Shown here piece by piece: positions 8,016 to 13,591 of a stretch of 16,682 nucleotides of DNA. The notes beneath the pieces are model-generated. The model had not been told where the DNA came from. It saw nothing but the letters and a program-made list of their open reading frames with translations, and ran no database searches. The DNA comes from a virus (lineage: Duplodnaviria > Heunggongvirae > Uroviricota > Caudoviricetes), in IMG/VR virus record IMGVR_UViG_2695420653_000007, positions 1 to 16,682 of that record; one strand, given 5' to 3'. The position numbers and the translations under genes were made by a program. Every line of letters begins with the position of its first letter. Position 1 is the stretch's first letter.

Positions 8016-8094
8016 GAATATCTCCTTCGTTACCGATTAATTCTTTCATCTGACGAATGAATTCTTCGTCTGACCAGTTATCTGTAAAACTCAT
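7936..8094 (-). CDS. Alternative small ORF (52 aa, MSFTDNWSDEEFIRQMKELIGNEGD...) translationally coupled to kil; overlaps the arf-position ORF in another frame
   Basis: ATG overlaps the kil stop (ATGA). Overlaps 7845..8015 by 80 nt; unclear which of the two (or both) is expressed. Confidence 0.3.
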   Translation of the reverse strand: MSFTDNWSDEEFIRQMKELIGNEGDIHVTCNHSEGEQVTETHVHAESSLVSP

Positions 8095-8243
8095 TTCCTG
8101 CGATACCATGGAAGGTTGATAGCTGATTTCATCGCTTTATTTGCTTCAAGCCACATTTTGGAATCACCAATAAATCTGGCTATTACTGCTTTGTTCTGTG
8201 CAGCACGAAGCATCTGGTGATTAATGGCTATTTCATTGCGCAT
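8091..8243 (-). CDS. kil: Kil-like host-killing/cell-division inhibitor peptide (50 aa)
   Basis: Manual translation MRNEIAINHQMLRAAQNKAVIARFIGDSKMWLEANKAMKSAINLPWYRRK; the IARFIGDSKMWLEA segment resembles lambda Kil (ATFIGDEKMFREA, from memory); sits directly after cIII as in lambda/P22; GAGG upstream. Confidence 0.55.
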   Translation of the reverse strand: MRNEIAINHQMLRAAQNKAVIARFIGDSKMWLEANKAMKSAINLPWYRRK

Positions 8244-8359
8244 AATAAGACCTCAACTCTTTTCCATCCGTCACGTAATTTACGGGTGATTCGTTCAAGT
8301 AAAGATTCATTTAGTTGGAAGGCACCCATGCGAGCGCCTACCGCGATTGCGTAAATCAT
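8228..8359 (-). CDS. cIII: CIII protein, FtsH inhibitor (43 aa)
   Basis: Manual translation MIYAIAVGARMGAFQLNESLLERITRKLRDGWKRVEVLLCAMK; the core ESLLERITRKLRDGWKR is identical to the lambda cIII central helix; AAGGA 7 nt upstream. Confidence 0.8.
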   Translation of the reverse strand: MIYAIAVGARMGAFQLNESLLERITRKLRDGWKRVEVLLCAMK

Positions 8360-8383
8360 GGGTGGTTCCTTATGTTGGTTTTA

Positions 8384-9352
8384 TTAGTAGGTTATTTTTG
8401 TTGCGAATACTTCGCCTTTTACGATGGCTGTTATGATATTTTTAGCAACATCTTCTGATGCGCCAACCTTGATAAGGTCAGCAAGTATTTTGTTATTTAC
8501 TTCTTTCCGGTGAGCTTTATCCTTTGCTCTACGCTCTTCTTCGTCCTTGATTCTTTTTTCTTCTGCTATTCTGGCTTGCTCTTTTGCTTCAGCATCGCGA
8601 CGGATTTGTTCAGCCTCCTCCTGTGCTTTTCGGCGTTCTGCTTCAATTGCCGCCTGCTTTTCTCTTTCAGCTCGTTCTGCTGCCTCTTTTGCTTCGCGCT
8701 GTGCTCGTTGCTCGGCTTCAATGCGTTCACGCTCTGCACGTTCCGCTGCGGCCTTAGCTTCTGCTTCTCGCCTTGCTGCTGCTTCAATTTCGGCTTTTGC
8801 CTTTGCTTCGGCTTCAGCTCTGGCTTTCGCTTCAGCTTCTCTTTTTAAGCGTTCTTCATGCTCTCGCTTTTCCTGCTCCGCTTTGAGTCTTGCCTCTTCT
8901 CTTTGGCGGTCAAATTCGCGATCCATCAAAATAGCTATTTCATGGTCAGACTCAATTTGCTTTGCGAGAGCTTCAGCTGCTGCCTTAGCTTCTTCTTCGG
9001 CTTTAATCCGCGCCTGTTCTTCCTCATAATCAGTAAGAGGCTGGCGCGCCTTGGCTTTCAGCTCATCAAGGCGATCACGCACTGTCTTGCGGTTAGCATC
9101 AATTAGCTTTGGAATTTCCTTCAGTTCAGCAACAAGGTCTTTGCCAAGACCATCGAGATATGTTTTCGTCTGCGAAACTTTATACGCCAGAGAAGCGATC
9201 TCCTTTCTGCCCTTTGCCGTTGTGATATCAGGCACAAAGGACATAACTTCACGTTCAACCTTTTGAAGGATTTCTTCAATCTGGTCGGCAGACTGAAATA
9301 CAGTCATTGCATTTGCTTTTTCAATAACAACTAAATCTGTTACTTCACTCAT
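8384..9352 (-). CDS. Hypothetical phage protein (322 aa) with long Ala/Glu/Lys/Arg-rich charged coiled-coil (TolA-like low complexity)
   Basis: Track ORF trimmed to ATG at 9352 (MSEVTDLVVIEK...) preceded by GGAGG; about 150 residues of EAKAKAEAEA-type repeats encoded by GCTTC/GCTGC-rich DNA. Confidence 0.7.
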   Translation of the reverse strand: MSEVTDLVVIEKANAMTVFQSADQIEEILQKVEREVMSFVPDITTAKGRKEIASLAYKVSQTKTYLDGLGKDLVAELKEIPKLIDANRKTVRDRLDELKAKARQPLTDYEEEQARIKAEEEAKAAAEALAKQIESDHEIAILMDREFDRQREEARLKAEQEKREHEERLKREAEAKARAEAEAKAKAEIEAAARREAEAKAAAERAERERIEAEQRAQREAKEAAERAEREKQAAIEAERRKAQEEAEQIRRDAEAKEQARIAEEKRIKDEEERRAKDKAHRKEVNNKILADLIKVGASEDVAKNIITAIVKGEVFATKITY

Positions 9353-9363
9353 ATATCCTCCAT

Positions 9364-9393
9364 AAAAAAAATTGCCCTCACATTGGAGGGCAA
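9364..9393 (-). terminator. Strong intrinsic terminator on minus strand (8-bp stem TTGCCCTC/GAGGGCAA, 6-nt loop, T8 run), tL-like
   Basis: Perfect 8-bp inverted repeat followed on the minus strand by eight T; the T-run abuts the RBS of the 322-aa gene. Confidence 0.65.
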
Positions 9394-9486
9394 AGAAGAT
9401 TTCCAATAATCAGAACAAGTCGGCTCCTGTTTAGTTACGAGCGACATTGCTCCGTGTATTCACTCGTTGGAATGAATACACAGTGC

Positions 9487-9675
9487 TTATTCGTCATGCA
9501 TTTCAGGTAATTCTTCGTATTCGACGCCCCATACGAGTTTACACCAAGTGACTCGCTCATATCTTTTACAAAAATCAGACCACATAACTTGTGTTCCATC
9601 ATGGTTTGTTATTACTTCTGTAATATCACCAACACTAACAAAACTGGTATTAGAAGCAGTTATTTTTACTTTCAT
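9487..9675 (-). CDS. Hypothetical small protein (62 aa), AT-rich accessory gene
   Basis: Track ORF; ATG overlaps the stop of the upstream 98-aa gene (TAATG); followed by a 9-bp-stem hairpin at 9454..9481. Confidence 0.5.
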   Translation of the reverse strand: MKVKITASNTSFVSVGDITEVITNHDGTQVMWSDFCKRYERVTWCKLVWGVEYEELPEMHDE

Positions 9676-9971
9676 TACTTATCCCCAAGAGCTTTTCTTA
9701 TTGCTGCGAGACCTTTATTAACAGCTCCATACCATTCTGGATATGTTGTCGTTGTTCTATTTTTGGTTTGCTTAAGTAATAACTGAAGTGCTTCGAGAAG
9801 GTCAGGTGCTGCCGCTATTAGATTGGCATCTTCAATGCATTGAACTTCCTCACAGATTGCAATATACGAACGCCAGCCTGCGCCATTTTCAAGTGAGTCT
9901 GCCTGGATGATTTTAATCTCATCCCCATCCATCATTATTTCCCACTTACCTTCAGTACCTTTAAATCCCAT
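9675..9971 (-). CDS. Hypothetical acidic protein (98 aa), AT-rich accessory gene
   Basis: Track ORF; AGAGG 7 nt upstream of ATG; coupled to the 62-aa ORF. Confidence 0.55.
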   Translation of the reverse strand: MGFKGTEGKWEIMMDGDEIKIIQADSLENGAGWRSYIAICEEVQCIEDANLIAAAPDLLEALQLLLKQTKNRTTTTYPEWYGAVNKGLAAIRKALGDK

Positions 9972-10023
9972 GTTAGCCTCTGTTGTTTATGCCAAAAATA
10001 AAGGACGGTTATGCGGCCTGAAA

Positions 10024-10446
10024 TTACTTAACCAATGATGCTGCATATTCAATTAGGAATAACTTAGGTGCAAGCCAAATCTTCAACCATTCGAAATTGA
10101 AGGCAATAATTAAAACACCCATAATTGAGCCAAATATAGGAACAAATACAGTGCATATATCGTAATAAACCGAAGATATAAAATGTCCATCATTTGGACG
10201 TCCATCGAAAGACGTCCATCTCTCGCCATTATTTCTTGCCGTTCTTGCAAAACTAGGAAGTTTAATTGCTGCAATTAAAAGCAACAATCCAGCCACTTGG
10301 AAAAGTGCGCTATGGACAAAACTCCATATTAGCAACTGATGAACAACATCAGGAATCTGTGCCTGGCTAAATGAAACAGCCGCATCTATTCCATTGCTGG
10401 CTTTTTGCAGTAGTTCTACGAGAATCTTGTTGGCTTGTTCTTCCAT
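10024..10446 (-). CDS. Hypothetical membrane protein (140 aa, about 2 TM segments) immediately downstream of N; SieB-position superinfection-exclusion candidate
   Basis: Track ORF; two long hydrophobic stretches; its SD (GAGGTG) overlaps the N stop codon; position matches sieB in lambda/P22 but no sequence identity established. Confidence 0.6.
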   Translation of the reverse strand: MEEQANKILVELLQKASNGIDAAVSFSQAQIPDVVHQLLIWSFVHSALFQVAGLLLLIAAIKLPSFARTARNNGERWTSFDGRPNDGHFISSVYYDICTVFVPIFGSIMGVLIIAFNFEWLKIWLAPKLFLIEYAASLVK

Positions 10447-10454
10447 ATATCACC

Positions 10455-10754
10455 TCAAATAAGTGGTTTGCTGCCTAATTTCATTTTCTGGCGACCAACA
10501 CAAGTCACCCCCATTTCACTGCGTGGCTTGCGGTAGTAAATATGATTCTGTTTACGCTCGACTTCTTCTGCCTTCTTGCAGCGAAGGCTTCCGAGTGATG
10601 CTGCTTTATCTGCTCTGACGCAACCAGAGAGCTTTAGCGCAATTTTTCGCGCCAGTCGCTGTTCTTGCATTGCCTGCTCACGTTGAGCCTGTCTGCGTGC
10701 TCTGCGGCGATTTCTGGCGTTATCGTCAGCCAGATATGTAATGACTACTGCCAT
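10455..10754 (-). CDS. N: Antitermination protein N (99 aa)
   Basis: Arginine-rich motif near N-terminus (NARNRRRARRQAQREQ); C-terminus YYRKPRSEMGVTCVGRQKMKLGSKPLI closely resembles lambda N C-terminus (WYSKPGERGITCSGRQKIKGKSIPLI, from memory); GGAGG 6 nt upstream; nutL in leader. Confidence 0.85.
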   Translation of the reverse strand: MAVVITYLADDNARNRRRARRQAQREQAMQEQRLARKIALKLSGCVRADKAASLGSLRCKKAEEVERKQNHIYYRKPRSEMGVTCVGRQKMKLGSKPLI

Positions 10755-10861
10755 GTTGACCTCCGATGATTGACTTTGGCGGTGACGCGCCGGGTGCTTA
10801 TCTTCCGGTTGCCGTCGTGCAGCTGCACTTCACGTCACCCCAAAGCCAACTACTCTTTGGT

Positions 10862-10902
10862 TCCCGCATTTCGGCGGGACAATCCCATCAATGTTAAAGA
10901 GC
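10862..10902 (-). promoter_or_regulatory. nutL: boxA (GCTCTTTAACAT, 10891..10902) and boxB hairpin (UCCCGC-CGAAAU-GCGGGA, 10862..10879) on the leftward transcript
   Basis: Same boxA core and identical 18-nt boxB as the site after cro (nutR); correct order boxA then boxB in the N leader. Confidence 0.6.
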
Positions 10903-10948
10903 CTGCCAATCTGTTCCGTTTGGCTTCCAGCGTCCTGCTGATGGCTAA

Positions 10949-11035
10949 AGAATACTGTAGGTATTTTATTGTGTAAATACCCAAGGTATTTATTTTTGGT
11001 GAAATAATGATAAGCAAATGAATACAAAGGATATT
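10949..11035 (-). promoter_or_regulatory. pL/OL region: operators AATACTGTAGGTATT (10951..10965), AATACCCAAGGTATT (10976..10990), AATACAAAGGATATT (11021..11035); putative pL -10 TATTCT and -35 TTTACA on minus strand
   Basis: Three 15-bp sites with inverted half-sites AATAC/GTATT, the same consensus as at OR; -10 overlaps OL1 and -35 overlaps OL2 with a 17-bp spacer, as at lambda pL. Confidence 0.55.
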
Positions 11036-11121
11036 TATTTTTTCGGTGTCTGCTTGTTCAGTGCTTTTTATGCGGGATATGTGAAGTGGATCCCGATAGC
11101 TATTGCTGCCGGGATTATGGG

Positions 11122-11490
11122 TTAGTCAGCGAAGGTTAAGACGAGAATTACCTTAATGATGTCTGCTACAACAGACACGGCCATAGATAAACCAAAGACA
11201 ATCCAAGCCATAGAGATGTCTTCACTACCATCGTATAGAGTTCCGTAATCACTGGTGTAAGGCGTAAATGTCGCGCCTTGATACAATAGGTATAAGCTTG
11301 ATCCATAGAGGATAAATGCAGATATCCCTTGTATTGCTATGATCACCAGAATCATGAAACGAGCTGATCTATGCGCCCAAGCCTGGCTTATTTTTTCTGA
11401 TAGAGATTTCGCAATAAAAGCATGCGCTAAGCCGTAAATTGTCGAGATTGCCAACATCCCAAAAAAGCTTGCTATAGCGGTTCCAACCAT
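11122..11490 (-). CDS. Small integral membrane protein (about 122 aa, 3 predicted TM helices) co-transcribed with cI; rex-position accessory gene
   Basis: Track ORF 11122..11511 trimmed to ATG at 11490 (AAGGGG 7 nt upstream), which lies 18 nt downstream of the cI stop; three long hydrophobic segments; no family recognised. Confidence 0.65.
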   Translation of the reverse strand: MVGTAIASFFGMLAISTIYGLAHAFIAKSLSEKISQAWAHRSARFMILVIIAIQGISAFILYGSSLYLLYQGATFTPYTSDYGTLYDGSEDISMAWIVFGLSMAVSVVADIIKVILVLTFAD

Positions 11491-11507
11491 AAGCGCCCCT
11501 TGCGTGA

Positions 11508-12224
11508 TCAAACCAGCCTTAGTTTTGTCTCAATTGCAACGCCTATAATCTTGCAGTTTCCATTGATTGGCACGAGAGGCCATGCAGGGTTAAGTCCCTT
11601 GAGGTATTTATTTCCGCCGTCGATTATCAGCTTCTTGAATGTTGCTTCGTTAGAGTCAGAAAGTTTTGCTATGACCAAGCTGCCGTTGATCGCCTCCCTT
11701 CCGGTATCGAAAAGAACGAATGTTCCCTCTGGAATGCTTAACCCAACCGGTGCCGTCATTGAATCACCTTCCACTTTAAGCCAAAACGCATTACCTTGAA
11801 TATGCGCGTCAGACTCAAGCCAAACATCTATGTCTTTAATGGTGTATGGTTCGCATGCTTCACACCACGAGCCAGCCTGGATACTGCTTAACACCGGATA
11901 CCTCTTTCCTGCTCTGTATTCCCCTGCATACCTTACGTTGGCATCGCTCTTAAGGCTTTCTGCCTGTTCTGCAACCTTGGCAGCAATTGACTGGCTAAAA
12001 TCAGCAATTGAGACTTGCAACAGTCGTGCAAAACCAGATGCAACCTCAACGTTTAGCGCGTTTCTGCCATTAAGATAATGCCCTACCGCTCCTTGGGTGA
12101 TACCAAGTTCATCAGCAATTGAGTATTGGGTTATTCCCAACTCTTTCTTTTTTGACTCATACAAAGCCTTAAGCCGCTTAGCGTCTTCGAGCTGTTCTGT
12201 CGTCAGTGATTTCTTATTTTCCAT
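11508..12224 (-). CDS. cI: CI repressor (238 aa; N-terminal HTH, C-terminal LexA-like S24 autopeptidase domain)
   Basis: N-terminus LTTEQLEDAKRLKALYESKKKELGITQ parallels lambda cI ([27 protein letters not shown]); C-terminal FWLKVEGDSMTAP and FKKL motifs (catalytic Ser/Lys); no SD before ATG, consistent with a leaderless pRM transcript. Confidence 0.9.
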   Translation of the reverse strand: MENKKSLTTEQLEDAKRLKALYESKKKELGITQYSIADELGITQGAVGHYLNGRNALNVEVASGFARLLQVSIADFSQSIAAKVAEQAESLKSDANVRYAGEYRAGKRYPVLSSIQAGSWCEACEPYTIKDIDVWLESDAHIQGNAFWLKVEGDSMTAPVGLSIPEGTFVLFDTGREAINGSLVIAKLSDSNEATFKKLIIDGGNKYLKGLNPAWPLVPINGNCKIIGVAIETKLRLV

Positions 12225-12230
12225 AGCTTA

Positions 12231-12301
12231 ATTCTAATAGCTAAGGTACTTAAACTAAAAATACCCTGAGTATTGATTGCTTTGAATACCTGTAGTATTC
12301 T
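12231..12301. promoter_or_regulatory. OR/pRM/pR genetic switch: OR3 AATAGCTAAGGTACT (12236..12250), OR2 AATACCCTGAGTATT (12260..12274), OR1 AATACCTGTAGTATT (12285..12299); pR -35 TTGATT (12273..12278) and -10 TATTCT (12296..12301); pRM -10 TAGAAT on minus (12231..12236)
   Basis: Three evenly spaced (24-25 bp) 15-bp sites sharing the AATACnnnnnGTATT consensus with OL; promoter hexamers overlap the operators as in lambda; pRM -10 is 6 nt from the cI ATG. Confidence 0.6.
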
Positions 12302-12330
12302 TTGTTCATGGTTAATAACGGAGTGTGCAT

Positions 12331-12525
12331 ATGATTCGAATGACACTTGCCGATTACGCCAAAATCCATGGACAGGCTAAAGCAGCCAGTGACTTTGGTG
12401 TAATCCAGTGCGCTATCAGCAAGGCCATTCTGGCAGGCCGTAACATTATGGTTACGGTAAAGCCTGATGGCAGTGTGATTGGAGAGGAAGTTCGTCCTTT
12501 CCCAAGCAACAAGAAAAACAAATAG
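12331..12525 (+). CDS. cro: Cro repressor (64 aa)
   Basis: [64 protein letters not shown] parallels lambda Cro (...[57 protein letters not shown]); GGAG 7 nt before ATG at 12331. Confidence 0.85.
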   Translation: MIRMTLADYAKIHGQAKAASDFGVIQCAISKAILAGRNIMVTVKPDGSVIGEEVRPFPSNKKNK

Positions 12526-12531
12526 TAACAC

Positions 12532-12577
12532 CGCTCTTTAACAGTCATGGTCCTCATTCCCGCCGAAATGCGGGAAT
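12532..12577 (+). promoter_or_regulatory. nutR: boxA CGCTCTTTAACA (12532..12543) and boxB hairpin AUUCCCGC-CGAAAU-GCGGGAAU (12556..12577)
   Basis: Begins 7 nt after the cro stop; boxA close to the CGCTCTTA consensus; boxB identical to that in nutL. Confidence 0.6.
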
Positions 12578-12582
12578 ACAAC

Positions 12583-12617
12583 GCGCATCAGTTGGTGCGC
12601 ATAACTTCTTATTTGTT
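12583..12617 (+). terminator. tR1-like hairpin (GCGCAUC-AGUU-GGUGCGC) followed by U-rich tract, between nutR and cII
   Basis: 7-bp stem (one G-U pair) and AUAACUUCUUAUUUGUU downstream; position matches lambda tR1. Confidence 0.35.
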
Positions 12618-12633
12618 AAGGAAATACTTACAT

Positions 12634-12912
12634 ATGCAACTTACAAGTACTCGCAAGAAAGCGAATGCAATTACAAGCAACATCCTAAATCGAATTGCTG
12701 TACGTGGTCAGCGAAAGGTTGCTGATGCATTAGGGATCAATGAATCGCAAATTTCGCGATGGAAAGACAGCTTCATCCCAAAAATGGGAATGCTTCTGGC
12801 TGTTCTTGAATGGGGTGTTGAAGACGAGGAGTTGGCGGAACTGGCTAAGAAAGTAGCCAGAATGCTGACAAAAGAAAAAGCCCCGAAGAACGGCGAATTC
12901 TTCGAGGCCTGA
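12634..12912 (+). CDS. cII: CII transcriptional activator (92 aa)
   Basis: ...GINESQISRWKDSFIPKMGMLLAVLEWGVEDEELAELAKKVARMLT matches lambda cII (...GVDKSQISRWKRDWIPKFSMLLAVLEWGVVDDDMARLARQVAAILT); ATG at 12634 preceded by AAGGAAA; track ORF starts further upstream but that region contains nutR. Confidence 0.85.
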   Translation: MQLTSTRKKANAITSNILNRIAVRGQRKVADALGINESQISRWKDSFIPKMGMLLAVLEWGVEDEELAELAKKVARMLTKEKAPKNGEFFEA

Positions 12913-12946
12913 TGTAGAAAGACTGGATCAATCCACAGGAGTAATT

Positions 12947-13591
12947 ATGACATACGAAAATGACAAATTCCAGGTTCTGAAGAGCATGAAGGTGCCAGAT
13001 GATTTTAAATCAAATGGCTTTGTTTATGTGCTTTCGAATGAGTGCATGCCGGGAATTTATAAGATTGGGATGACTAAGCATTCACCAGAAGTTAGGGCTA
13101 AAGAAATTTCAGCCTCTACTGGCGTTCCTAAGCCATTTAAGGTGATAGCAGCCTTTCATTCAAATAATCCCGCATCAGATGAAAAACTTATTCATAAAGC
13201 CTTTGCAAAAGAGAGGCTTAGTGATAATCGAGAGTTTTTCAAGCTTGAAGATAATGATCTTTATGAATCTCTAAATGAAATAAGGGCGCTGGTTGGCCCT
13301 GAAAGAAATGGCGAGACGGCAGAATACGCAATTTACGACTCATTCATTTCTTTTCGCCATGAAAATGAGCTTGATCTTAATGAGGAGCTTATAGAGCAAG
13401 GTCTGGGTAGTGTAGTTGGTCATCTTCCTGCGATGAAAAATTTCCTTATTCGCGCCGGAATTGATTACGCGAAGCAACTGATAAGCAAATATAACTCATC
13501 GATAGTTATTAATACAGATGGCAGTGTGGTGATGGTTAAGTCTCTTGAAGCCCAATGCTTTGATGCGGAGGTTGGAAATGAGCCTTGCTGA
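12947..13591 (+). CDS. T5orf172 (GIY-YIG-like, MUG113-type) domain protein (214 aa), AT-rich insertion between cII and O
   Basis: N-terminal region GFVYVLSNECMPGIYKIGMTKHSPEVRAKEI ... EKLIHKAFAKERLSDNREFFKLE fits the remembered T5orf172 signature (G-VY-V, KIG-T, R--E, H--F, REFF); AGGAG 7 nt upstream; visibly more AT-rich than cII and O. Confidence 0.65.
   Translation: MTYENDKFQVLKSMKVPDDFKSNGFVYVLSNECMPGIYKIGMTKHSPEVRAKEISASTGVPKPFKVIAAFHSNNPASDEKLIHKAFAKERLSDNREFFKLEDNDLYESLNEIRALVGPERNGETAEYAIYDSFISFRHENELDLNEELIEQGLGSVVGHLPAMKNFLIRAGIDYAKQLISKYNSSIVINTDGSVVMVKSLEAQCFDAEVGNEPC

Noticed and set aside
8510-9266. Plus-strand ORFs (8510..8848, 8547..9029, 8858..9106, 9051..9266) and minus 8566..8787
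   Set aside because: Artefacts of the low-complexity GC-periodic DNA encoding the charged coiled-coil; translations are Ser/Ala/Cys/Phe-rich nonsense.
10770-10976. Plus-strand ORF of 68 aa across the N leader, nutL and OL
   Set aside because: Overlaps regulatory elements (nutL, pL, operators) and is antisense to pL transcription; no SD.
12547-12633. Upstream extension of cII (track ORF start at 12547)
   Set aside because: That stretch holds nutR boxB and the tR1-like hairpin; the ATG at 12634 has an SD and gives a protein that aligns with lambda cII from its N-terminus.
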